64,000 bases of DNA from Octopus vulgaris (Eukaryota): contig OX597815.1 of NCBI GenBank assembly GCA_951406725.2, positions 181,660,001 through 181,724,000 of the forward strand, given 5' to 3'. How positions within the stretch are numbered: the stretch's first letter is position 1; each line of letters starts with the position of its first letter. Both the position numbers and the translations under genes were made by a program. The notes beneath the pieces were generated by a model. That model had not been told where the DNA came from and ran no database searches. It saw only the letters and a program-made list of their open reading frames with translations. Below, one piece after another: positions 52,086 to 63,418 of the stretch.

Positions 52086-52339
52086 TTATACACACACACA
52101 CACACACAAATACATACATAGCATGACCCCTCCTCTTTGCATTTGTAGATTTGGAAGCAACAAGGTGACTTCAATAGTACTGTTGTCATAAAAAAATGCA
52201 CCCAGTACACATTGTAAAGTGGCTGGCTTTAGGAAGAGCATCCAGCTGAAAACATCATGCCAAAGTAGGCACTGGAGCATGAAGCGGTCCTTGGATTCAC
52301 TGGATCCTTATCAAATCACCCAAGCCAAACATAGATGTT

Positions 52340-53100
52340 AAATAATGACAATGATGATGATGATGGTGATGATGATGATGACAACAATGATGACGACCAC
52401 GATGATGACGACGATGATGGTGGTGATATTCTTGTTCATAACCAACTCTTAGCTTACAATTCTCAGTTTAATTCTTTTCATTGTCAATAGGCCAATGTTA
52501 CTAAGAAAGTATGGGACTCACCAAAGCGAACCCCTCACAATGTCGTGAGGGCAAGGTCATATATTTTCAGAAATGTTTTATAATGTTAGATACTATACTG
52601 AAGCCAAACTCATTTCCCAATAATCCATGCTTTATGGCAAAATTCTTGGCTTAAAATTCACTTTGTCTTCTTCACCATTTCTTTGTCTTGGACAAAGCAA
52701 AATCAATGTAACTTCAGTTTTTATCTTAACTCTTAGAGAATGAGGCGCATAATGAATGGGTTGCTTCAGTTTTCTTTTATACAATGATGATGATGGTGGA
52801 GACGTGATGACGATCATAGTGATAATAACATTGATATTCGTTGTGATGATGATGATGATGATGATGATGATAATAATAACAATAGCGTTGATGATTATTG
52901 TGATGATGATGGTAGTGACAATAACATTGATGGCCAGTGCACCTGTGGTGGCAGTGATGGTGGTGGTACTCCTTGTTGATAATTATAATGTTGGTGACCC
53001 TAATTATCTTCATGACTTGTATCTTAACCACCATCCCTCTTATCATCATCACCATCATCACTACAATTATCTTCCTCTTTCCTCTCTTCTTTCTCATCAT
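52340..53100. repeat. Degenerate (GAT)n/(CAT)n low-complexity tracts
   Basis: Visible at about 52340-52430, 52780-52970 and 53030-53100. Confidence 0.8.
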
Positions 53101-54179
53101 TCTTGTAAACTTTATTGAATATCCACAGAAATGCATTCTGGAACTATTAATGAAATAAGAAGACGTGAATTCCTGAAATAATTACGAGGTGGTGGGGGGC
53201 CATTAAGTTTGCCACATCTGAAATGCCGCTTGATAAAACCTATTCAAGGATAAGGATTTAGTCATTTAATTTTAGAGAAGAAAAATTCTTCTCAGATATT
53301 TACATAAACGAGTCCCAAAAGTATGACTAAGAAAAGAAAAAAAGTACTTTATTACGTTCCAAGCCAAGGCAGCTGATTATAGTGTAGAGATCAATAAAAT
53401 ATCAAGACAAACATTGGCCATTAACTTCTCAGCTAATAGATGTGAGGTGTATTTGTTACTTTACACCTAACGATTATCTGAAATAGTAAATATATAGATA
53501 ACACATTTCGTTACTGTCCGACTACAATTTTAAAGTGTTTATGACACTGAATATATCCCAAATTAATTTCCATAAAATTGTGGTGGAAACTTGTTTCACA
53601 CACGGGAAAAAGTAATGGAAACCACAAAGGAAAAATACTGATTTTCTTCTTCTCTTTTTCTTTTTTTTAAAATAGTTTCATGCAAAGAGTTGTTAATGAA
53701 GGTCATGCAACTGATTGGCAAATAATTCAGTGATTAACATATTAAAACCTCTGACCCACAAGTATTTTTTCTATCTACTTATTCCACAACTATAATTATC
53801 TTCACTTGTCTAACAGCATGTCTTGCTTTGAGCCCTCAAATTCTACAGAAGAGGAAATGGTACTTTTTGCTTGCTTTTGAGTGTTGCAGGGACATTCATG
53901 TGAACTGACGTGCATGGTGTAGTGAATATATTTTGAAAAATAGCTTTATACAGTGAGCTTGGCTGATGATCCTAAGTGCTTTAGCACAGAAGGTGAAATC
54001 AATTGATACCAAGATAACTCTTCTTTACTTTGTAGTTTTTGCAAAGGTAAGGCCTAGTTTACTTATATTTGCTACATTAACTGTGCACGTTCATTTATAG
54101 TGAGAAATTTGTGGCTTTGGGGTGCTGACTCCTATTTCTGGCAAACTGGTATTTCGGTACCCTAATTTATTTGCATATA

Positions 54180-54228
<49 letters not shown>

Positions 54229-54271
54229 TATTTACATTTGACGGATATTTGTCCTCATCTTGTTTGTTGTT

Positions 54272-54317
54272 AACACAATGTTTCGGCTGATATACCCTCC
54301 AGCCTTCATCAGGTGTC
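54272..54317 (-). ncRNA. Minimal type I hammerhead ribozyme of the PLE terminal repeat
   Basis: GACAC-CTGATGA-A-GGCTG(GAGGGTATAT)CAGCC-GAAAC-ATT-GTGTT; other copies have GAAACGTT (palindromic stem III). Confidence 0.8.
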
Positions 54318-54403
54318 TTGGGGAAATTTCGAAACTGGGTTCTCATTCCTAAGGTATTTTTCGATGTTAATCGTATTATTATTACTATTATTATTACCAT
54401 TCA

Positions 54404-54476
54404 GGTCACTGCTTGGAATCAAACTTGGAATCTTGGGGTTAGTAGCCCATGCTCTTAACCACTATAACATATGCCC
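54404..54476 (-). promoter_or_regulatory. 73-nt tRNA-derived cassette (Pol III A and B boxes) inside the PLE
   Basis: Family consensus GGGCATATGG.GTAGTGGTTAAGAGC..GGCTACTAACC..GAGTTCGATTCCAGGCAGTGACC; imperfect acceptor stem, so not a functional tRNA. Confidence 0.8.
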
Positions 54477-54505
54477 GGGGGCAATTATATAGTGAATTTT
54501 AGGGT

Positions 54506-54788
54506 TTATAAATCTAATATTTTCCTATCCTTCCTTAATACTGATTCCCATATGCTACTCATATCTGCACGAGGTCTGCTTAGAAAGTTGTCCTAGCATA
54601 TGTGCCGCTTCTGTTAGTTTTCATATTTCCCAGTAGTGTTCACTGTCTATTATTTTAACTTCATCCCACAGCGGAAAGTGGTCTCCATTTTCCCATACAT
54701 TATCAGCTAGACCTGATTTATCAATATCTCCAAGTGTCACAGCTTTGCGATGTTCGTCTACCCTTATTTTGAATGGGCGGCATGTTTC
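54506..54788 (-). pseudogene. Penelope-like GIY-YIG endonuclease C-terminal remnant
   Basis: ETCRPFKIRVDEHRKAV..DKSGLADNVW..WDEVKIIDSEHYWEI*KLTEAAHM / LSRPRADMSSIWESVL..DL*. Confidence 0.9.
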
Positions 54789-54975
54789 ATTCCACAATTT
54801 CCCACCTTAGGAATGAGAACCCAGGATCAAAATTTCCCCAAGACACGTGATGAAGGCTGGAGGGTATATCAGCTGAAACATTGTGTTAACAACAAACAAG
54901 ATGAGGACAAATATCCGTCAAACATAATTAATGTACATAATTCGTCATCTCTTAAATATAAAACTGTATTATATA

Positions 54976-55249
54976 TAACGTAAAGTATACTAGCCATCTC
55001 AATATGGCTAACCACTAAGGGTGGGTCATCCCTCTCCCGTAAACCTTAGGTTTACGAGAGAGGGATGACCTCCCTTTGCAAATATCATAAGGGCACAGAA
55101 AGTGTGCCTAAAGCCAGCTGGAGACGATGATCTCCTGGGACTAAAAGCTACAGTAACACCCACCCTTAGTGGTTAGCCATATTGAGATGGCTAGTATACT
55201 TTACGTTGTCGAGCGGTTACTGTTTACATCTCATTCAGAGATTTATTAT
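54976..55249. mobile_element. Inverted-arm element, same family as 27006-27348
   Basis: Arm AACGTAAAGTATACTAGCCATCTCAATATGGCTAACCACTAAGGGTGGGT perfectly inverted at about 55158-55207. Confidence 0.7.
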
Positions 55250-55511
55250 TGTATTATACATATATATATATATATCATCATCATAGTCATCATTATTATC
55301 ACTGTCTTAACATCTACTTTTCCATGCTGGTATAAGTGAAAAAGAATTTATTGGACCAAATTTTTTACAGTCTAGCGCCCTTTCTGTCACTCAGCTGTTT
55401 TCAAGTAAGGTATTATTTTCGCCTGGCAGGTCATTTATTCATCGCTTCATGGCCTCTTGGAAATGAAGAACACTCTTGGATGACAAATGCACCTGTCTAC
55501 AGTATATATAT

Positions 55512-55845
55512 CATCATCATCGCTTAACGTCCGTTTTCCATGCTAGCATGGGTTGGACGGTTCAACCGGGTGTCTGAGAAACCAGGAGGCTGCACCAGGC
55601 TCCAGTCTGACATGGCAGAGTTTCTACAGCTTGATGCCCTTCCTAACACCAACCACTCCGTGAGTGTAGTGGGTGCTTTTTACGTGCCACCGGCACAGGG
55701 GCCACAGGAGGCTGGCAAACGCCCACGATCGGTTGGTGTTATTATGTGTCACCAACATGGATGCCAATCAGGTGGCGCTGGCATCAGTCACATCCGGACG
55801 GTGCTTTTTACGTGTCACCAGCACAGGTATCTTAACTACAATTGT
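55512..55845 (-). mobile_element. RTE LINE 3' UTR
   Basis: Family consensus. Confidence 0.8.
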
Positions 55846-55992
55846 AGTTAAGATTTGACTTATATATATATATATATATATATATATACCGGAGTAAACA
55901 CATAAATGTGAAACAAGGTGGAAAAAAGAGTACTCAAATACCAGTGGTAGAGTAATATGCTTTATTTTAAGCAGCAGAAAATTCAACAAAAT

Positions 55993-56030
55993 CTGTTACT
56001 CTGAGTTTCTCGTTGCCATTCATCAGACAG
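55993..56030 (-). ncRNA. Type I hammerhead-like motif in a (TA)n-embedded fragment
   Basis: CTGT-CTGATGA-ATGGCAACGA-GAAA-CTCAGAG-TA-ACAG; stem II imperfect. Confidence 0.7.
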
Positions 56031-56046
56031 TTTTTGCTAGATTCTA

Positions 56047-56090
<44 letters not shown>

Positions 56091-56339
56091 AAGTTATAAT
56101 AAAGGTGAACAAAGATTTATATCCAGTTTTATTCAGCAGTTAATTACTTCGTTTCATTTCAGCAGGAATTAATGCATATTGCAAAATTTGCATGTTTGTG
56201 TGCATTTATTGTTAATTGCCATATATTCAGGTTGAAGTCAACTGAATTGTTCAGATAGAATCTAAATTAAATACAAGTCCAGCCAAAATCTATCATACAC
56301 ATGACCTTGTCACCATATTATATGTATATATATATATAT

Positions 56340-56599
56340 AAATATAAGGGTTTAGCAACAAGTTGCTTGACCACATACCGAAAATTTTAGAAATAGCAGC
56401 CAAAAGACTACTATTTCCTTTTTCTACAAAAATATGTTTCCACAGCAACTTGTTGCTAAACCCTTATTGTTATATTTATATATAAAAAACTTTTTGCATA
56501 AGTTTTTACTGAATATGGTCCTCTTCCATGCCGAAAAAAGACTAAATGAAATTTGTTGATTTTATCAAATTAACAATTTTTCAACCTATATCTGTAATG

Positions 56600-56600
<1 letters not shown>
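56340..56600. mobile_element. PLE-like fragment with short inverted arms
   Basis: ATAAGGGTTTAGCAACAAGTTGCT / AGCAACTTGTTGCTAAACCCTTAT; flanked by (TA)n. Confidence 0.5.
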
Positions 56601-56638
<38 letters not shown>

Positions 56639-56644
56639 TCTATA

Positions 56645-56970
56645 CACATGGCTCAGTGGTTAGAGCATCAAGCTTACGATCGTGAGGTTATGAGTTTGAT
56701 TCCCCGACCGGGCTGTGTGTTGTGTTCTTGAACAAGACACTTTATTTCCTATTGTTCCATTTCACTCATCTGTAGAACTGAATTACAACATTACTGCTGC
56801 CAAACTGTATCGGCCGTTGCCTTTCCCTTGGATAACATCAGTGGTTTGGAGAGGGAAGGCTGGTATGCATGGGCAACTGGTGGCCTTCTAGGAACAACCT
56901 TGTCCAGACTTGTGTCTCGGAGGATAACTAATGTGCAATCCCTTGGTCATTCATGACCGAAGGGGGTCTC
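56645..56970 (+). mobile_element. tRNA SINE
   Basis: A-box TGGCTCAGTGG, B-box-like GTTTGATTCC, GTGTTCTTGAACAAGACACTTT core-like segment. Confidence 0.8.
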
Positions 56971-57764
56971 CTCCACATTTATATATTTTAAAACTTGGGT
57001 ATACACCTGGTATTATGCCAACTCAAGCACTTTCATTGTCTACCTGATGTCATCTCTGACTACATTTCTATCCATACAGAGCAACGGCATGGATATAAAT
57101 GCCACTGGATCTATCTCAGGAATATCTCAGTGTCTGTCAGGTACATAGCAAACAAGAGAAAGAGAAAATGGAATTCACAAGATACTTTATTAATTACAAT
57201 GATCGTTTTGACCCATCTTCCAGATGTGACACATCAGGTGGCTTTCAAAAGTCACCTCATGAGACACATCTGCACAGATGGATTTACCACAACCAGTCGT
57301 ACAGTATCTCACCTGCAAGGGACCAATGCAAGATAAGTCAAAATGATCATTGTGATTAGTACAGAATCTCAATCTCGTGAATTGAATTTTGTCTTTCTTT
57401 CATTTGTTATATATATATATTTAATGTAGGATAAAAATTTTTTTGGAAAAAAAATTTTATCAATGGCCAGCATATTAAAAAATACCTTTAACGGTTAAAA
57501 TTATAAACAACTTATAAATAAGGGCAAACGAAAAAATTTCTGATGCCAAATATGCTGAAAATTGGACATAATTGTCCATAACAATATAATTTTACACAAT
57601 ACGCATGCTACTCGAAAAAAAAGCTGACAGAAATTTCTAAAAAATTCCATTATTACCATATCGTAAAAAGAGTATATCGGACTGATGTCAGGGTCAGTTC
57701 GTAAGAACCCTCCCTTCGTCAGTGATAAATGTGGCAAAAGAAATAAATGAAATACAATAGTTAT

Positions 57765-58836
57765 ATCATCATCATCATCATCGTTTAACGTCTGCTTTCC
57801 ATGCTAGCATGGGTTGGACAGTTCAACTGGGGTCTGGCAAGCCCGAAGGCTGCACCAGGCCAGTCAGATCTGGCAGTGTTTCTACAGCTGGATGCCCTTC
57901 CTAACGCCAACCACTCCGAGAGTGTAGTGGGTGATTTTATGTGCCACCGACACAGGTGCCAGACGAGGCTGGCAGACGGCCACGCTCGGATGGTGTTTTT
58001 TATGTGCCACCGACACAGGTGCTAGATGAGGCTGGCAGACGGCCACGCTCGGATGGTGTTTTCTTATGTGCCACCGACGCAGGTGCCAGACGAGGCTGGC
58101 GAACGGCCGCGATCGGATGGTGTTTGTTACGTGCCCACAGCATGGAGGCCGATCGATGCGGTACTGGCTACGGTCACGTTCGGATGGTTTTTCTTATGTG
58201 CCACCGGCACTGGTACCACAAGGATACAAATTCCATTGATGTTCATCTATTTTGATTTGGTTTGATTTGATTTGATTTTCACCTGCCTCAACAGGTCTTC
58301 ACAAGTGTCACAAGAAGGAAGGTATGCACAGGTGGACTGACTACATCCCAGGTAGGGGCCACGGGTTATGGCTTCACTAGTCTTGCCGGGTCTTCTCACG
58401 CACAGCATACTTCCATAGGTCTCGGTCTCTAGTCATTTCCATGGTGAGACCTAACGTTCGAAGGTCGTGCTTCATCACCTCGTCCCAGGTTTTCCTGGGT
58501 CTACCTCTTCCACGGGTTCCCTCAACTGCTAGGGATTGGCACTTTCTCACACACCTATCTTCATCCATTCTTGCCACATGACCATACCAGCGCAATCGTC
58601 TCTCTTGCACACCACAACTGATGCTTCTTAGGTACAACATTTCTCTCAAGGAACTAACGCTCTGTCGAGTAAGTACACTAACATTACACATCCATCGGAG
58701 CATACTGGCTTCATTCCTCATGAGCTTACGCATGTCCTCAGCAGTCACGGCCCATGTTTCACTGCCATGTAGCATGGCAGTTCGTACACATGCATCATAC
58801 AGTCTGCCTTTTACTCTGAGCGAGAGGCCTTTAGTC
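57765..58836 (-). mobile_element. 5'-truncated RTE LINE: RT C-terminus (stop at 58377) plus modular 3' UTR and (GAT)n tail
   Basis: RLYDACVRTAMLHGSETWAV..RRLRWYGHVARMDEDR..RGRGRPRKTW. Confidence 0.92.
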
Positions 58837-58869
58837 AATATATATATGTAAAAATTATTCGGTTGCCAT

Positions 58870-58929
58870 AATAAAACTCTGAGTTTCGGATGTGGGGGAG
58901 GAATCTGCTCCAGCATCTCATCAGTTATT
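58870..58929 (-). ncRNA. Type I hammerhead ribozyme in a PLE-like fragment (about 58848-59185)
   Basis: AATAA-CTGATGA-GATG..CATC-C-GAAA-CTCAGAG-TT-TTATT. Confidence 0.8.
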
Positions 58930-59183
58930 AAGACAAACAAAAATGCTATGAAAATGACCATTAAACAAAGGGAAATTACTATGTAAATGACTGTTATTAA
59001 GACAAACAAAAGCGCTATTAGAATGACCATTAAATAAAGGGAAAAAACCCAAAGCGGAGAAAGTAAAAAAGCTCTCATAGTTTTATTATGGCAACTGAAT
59101 AATTGTCATATATTATATTTATATATAAATTCCTCTATTTACTTAATATCGAGGTCTCATTCATTCTTTTGTTGTCATATTAT

Positions 59184-59250
<67 letters not shown>

Positions 59251-59253
<3 letters not shown>

Positions 59254-59530
59254 TCATCATCGTTTAACGTCCGCTTTCCATGCTAGCATGGGTTGGACGG
59301 TTCAACTGGGGCTTGGCAAGCCCGAAGGCTGCACCAGGCCAGTCAGATCTGGCAGTGTTTCTACAGCTGGATGCCCTTCCTAACGCCAACCACTCCGAGA
59401 GTGTAGTGGGTGATTTTATGTGCCACCGACACAGGTGCCAGACGAGGCTGGCAGACGAGGCTGGCAGACGACACGCTCGGATGGTGTTTTTTATGTGCCA
59501 ATGACACAGGTGCCAGACGAGGCTGGCGAA
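59251..59530 (-). mobile_element. RTE LINE 3' end, near-identical to the 57765 copy
   Basis: Family consensus. Confidence 0.85.
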
Positions 59531-59796
59531 TGGCTTTAGATTGATGCCCAAACACTCTAAAATATTTGTATTGGTACTTCCGCTGCGAATGCCAGGCAGT
59601 ACAACATTTCATCTCCAAATTTCTGGCAGAATGAATTCTGTTATGGTGATGTTTTTCTCACAGATGGTGCCCAACTGACCCTACTATACTGTGTAGTCAA
59701 CAAAAAGCCAAACAATGCTTGAAATTAAAAGTATAAAATGGTGATAATTTATCCATCACATCCTATATACAGACATACACACACACACACACACAT

Positions 59797-59839
<43 letters not shown>

Positions 59840-60739
59840 CACACATATATACATACATATTTGCATATATACACACACATACCCATCACACATATATAAA
59901 TGTGCATGTATATTTATATACATGTACACACACACATGCACACACACACACACATATGCATATATATATAGAGAGAGAGAAATAGATAGATATTTGGGTA
60001 GTTAAGTATCTACTTTGTAACTCCCTCAAAAACATTTCATTAACTGAAAAAGTCTTAACTAATTGGACATTTCTTAGACAATTTTCTAATTTATGACAAT
60101 TTCTTAGCCATAAGTTATTCATTAAAATTTATCAAAAATGAACCATTCGTAATTATCCGTCCAATTTTCTTTATAATCAGGATATCAACACAAAACCTAC
60201 AGAACTCCATAAATATAAACCTCTCTTGGTGCTTTCCTGGTTCTCACTCTGCAAATAGAGTCTCCAATTCTCAACAAAAGATTAATCTGATCTTTTAATT
60301 CAAAGCAATTTTGAATTATTGATAAAGAAGTAAATTTCTGATTGGTTTATAATGAGTTATCAGATCAATGAGAATAAAATGTAGAAGTAATAATATTAAA
60401 TGCTGCTGTTGAAATAGTTTTTGATTATTTTTGTTTGTTTTTTTTCTATTTTTCTTATAATTTAGTGAAGATAAAGTAACGTAAATGAAAATGGGAAATT
60501 TTGCTGTTGTATAAAGATTATTAATGTAGAGATTAGCAGTTAGTTTTGACAAATCATATTAATGATTTTTTTTTTTGCATTGGCATGAAGCCAAAAATTT
60601 GAGAAGCTGTGGTATATTTGACTAAATCAAATTCAACTGCGTAACTGGCAATATTTTTCCAATAATTCAGGGAAGCTAAAAGATGAGGTTGATTTCACCA
60701 CGACTAGATTTCAGAACAAAACTAACAACTAAAAGCACT

Positions 60740-61080
60740 TACTCTTTTTCTCTTTTACTTGTTTCAGTCATTTGACTGAGGCCATGCTAGAGCACCACCT
60801 TTAGTCAAGCAAATTGACCCCAGGACTTATTCTTTGTAAGCCTAGTACTTATTCTATCGGTCTCTTTTGCTGAACCGCTAAGTTACGGGGACGTAAACAC
60901 ACACACACACACATATACAACAAGCTTCTTTCAGTTTCCATCTACCAAATCCACTCACAAGGCTTTGGTTGGCCCGAGGCTATAGTAGAAGACACTTGCC
61001 CAAGGTGCCATGCAGTGGGACTGAACCCAGAACCATGTGGTTGGTAAGCAAGCTACTTACCACACTGTCACTCCTACACC
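60740..61080 (-). mobile_element. CORE-type tRNA SINE
   Basis: Family consensus. Confidence 0.85.
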
Positions 61081-61499
61081 TACTCCTATGCACTTATTCA
61101 TGGTTTGTACTTAACTTGCTCTTGTTTTTCTTGCAGCTATCAACTTGTAGATATTCTAGTTTGACCATAACTGTCTTGATCCCACAAGCCTCAACTGGAT
61201 CTCCAAAATCGAGCCAATAATGAAATCTAAAAGCGTTCAGCTTCTTTTCAAAGTTCGGTATTTGTATTTGGTTTGCAAGATTCTTGATGTGACTTCATGT
61301 GTTGAAAGAAATACTATTGAACATTGGGAGGGTCATTATGCCAGTAATAATGAACACGCACACTGGTTCGGTCCTTTATTGTTATTGTTAGTTGATGGGT
61401 TAGTTACTCCTTTAACCAATTTATCGATTAGTTGTTCCTTTCTAGTTTTTCAAACTCATATGTTAAACACTTTGCTCAAAAAGTTAATTGTTCAAATCT

Positions 61500-61700
61500 C
61501 TTTTACTTGTTTCAGTCATTTGGCTGTGGCCATGCTGGAGCACTGCCTTTAGTCGAGCAAATCAACCCCAGGACTTATTCTTTGTAAACCTAGTAATTAC
61601 TCTATCAGTCACTTTTGCCGAACTGCTAAGTTACTGCGATGTAAACACATGAGCATCGGTTGTCAAGCAATGTTGGGGGACAAACACAGACACACATGTG

Positions 61701-61748
<48 letters not shown>

Positions 61749-61766
61749 CGATGGGCTTCTTTTCAG
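61500..61766 (-). mobile_element. CORE-type SINE 3' half
   Basis: Family consensus. Confidence 0.75.
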
Positions 61767-62278
61767 TATACCCATCATGACTACCATATGTGTACGACAT
61801 GGTGATCTCATATCGCATCACAACCATATGTGTGCGACATGGTGATTTCATATCAAGAGGAACAGCACTTGACCTTGCAGGTGGGGCCCAGTTAGAATTT
61901 TCTTCTTGCTTGAGTAACCCATCCCGCTCAAAAGGTCCCTGAATAAGGGTTGTTTAAAGATGGTGAACGAAACACCCATGTTTCCAGAAGTGAATTATTC
62001 AAACCCCAAAGAATCCCTCTCAACACATGGCTATGATGCTCCCCCACTACTTCTGCTCGTGATCAGAGATGCACATATCGTCAGCCACTAAGGGACATGC
62101 TCAACTGGTTAAGGTCAAACAACTGACAAGTAAATCTGTGGTATTGAGCAGAATATTTGCTGTATCCCATCTTTTATACCAAGACAAAACAATGTACATG
62201 ATAACACTTCCAATCAGTTAAGATCAGAAGTTATTATTATTATCATTATTATCATTATTATTATTATTATCATTATTA

Positions 62279-62355
<77 letters not shown>

Positions 62356-62358
<3 letters not shown>

Positions 62359-62843
62359 TAGTTTTATTTTTATAGCGTGCTTTCACTTCACTACCGAGCA
62401 CAGCTCTGTGTGCCTTGGGTATGTGTTGTGATTTGTTGTGATGCTCTGATGGTTATTGTATGGAAAGTGTTCTGCGTAGGATGTGTGCAGTGCCTAGTAG
62501 TGCAATTTTCTGTATGTTATATGTGTTTGTAAGTCCTGGTGTTTTTGTTATGTATTTGTCTGAATATTTTTTTATCATGCCTAATGCACCTACTATGATA
62601 GGAATTGTTTCTGTTTTCAGATTCCACATTCTGGTTACCTCTATTTCTAGGTCTTTGTATTTTGAGAGTTTCTCCATTTCTTTTAGAGACACGTTGTCAT
62701 CTGCCGGTATTGATACATCAATTAGAAAGCATTTTTTTTCTTCATGATCTCTGACAACTATATCTGGCCTGTTGGCCTTAATTTCTCTATCTGTGTGTAT
62801 CGGCATATCCCAGAGTATGGTTGCTTTCTTGTTTTCTGTGACC
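62356..62843 (-). mobile_element. R4/Dong-type RLE LINE 3' end (ORF remnant 62453-62842) inside (TAA)n
   Basis: ILWDMPIHTDREIKANRPDIVV..LIDVSIP..EKLSKYKDL..GALG..IQKIALLGTAHILRR; (ATT)n on both flanks. Confidence 0.9.
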
Positions 62844-63337
62844 TTATTATTATAATTATTATTATTATTATTATTATCATTATTATTATTATTATTATTT
62901 GTGAATGCTGTTTAGTAAGGAATTGCAGACAAAATTTCTCGGACTATAAGAGACTACCATAATACATATTAATATTTTTGGTTATTGTACTTTTATTCAT
63001 TTATTTTTTTCTTTGAAAAATTACACTCTGAAAAAATATCTTGAAGGTGGACTAAAATTTTCATTTGTGAAATGCTTTTTTTTCTTTCACACTCGTTATC
63101 GATTATAATTAAAGACAAGAATAAAAAAAAAAATTCAGCAACACAAAAGTTACATTCAGTTTTGCACAGTAAAAGAAAAGGGTGCAAGAATGGAAAATAT
63201 TGAAATTTTAACATTTTTTCACAAAATCTTAATATGTTGTGTTTAAAACTGCTTGAAAGATGTCAAAAATTAAAAAGTTCAGAAAGGAGGGGAGAAATAT
63301 TAGAAAATTAAAATTTGGAATTTTTTTTTGTCTTGGA

Positions 63338-63418
63338 AAAATTTCTTTGGATTTTGATGTTTAAAAAGTCCAGAGATTATCTCTGAAGTTTTGAAACATC
63401 AAAATCCAAAGAAATTTT
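63338..63418. repeat. About 40-bp-arm hairpin/palindrome
   Basis: AAAATTTCTTTGGATTTTGATGTTT / AAACATCAAAATCCAAAGAAATTTT. Confidence 0.8.

Larger units (their letters stand above)
54224..54966 (-). mobile_element. 5'-truncated Penelope-like element with an inverted partial terminal repeat (54804-54966)
   Basis: Order on the minus strand: GIY-YIG ORF end, tRNA-like cassette, (AAT)n, hammerhead; then an inverted copy of the hammerhead part. Confidence 0.9.

Noticed and set aside
54404-54476. Functional tRNA gene with anticodon ACT
   Set aside because: Acceptor and T stems are imperfect and copies are divergent; it is a repeat-borne tRNA derivative.
56995-57372. Overlapping ORFs of 60-113 aa in non-repeat-looking DNA
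   Set aside because: No motif or convincing splice signals.
58837-59078. Hydrophobic N-terminus of the 233-aa ORF (apparent membrane-RT fusion)
   Set aside because: Chance read-through from an adjacent PLE-like fragment into the truncated RTE RT.
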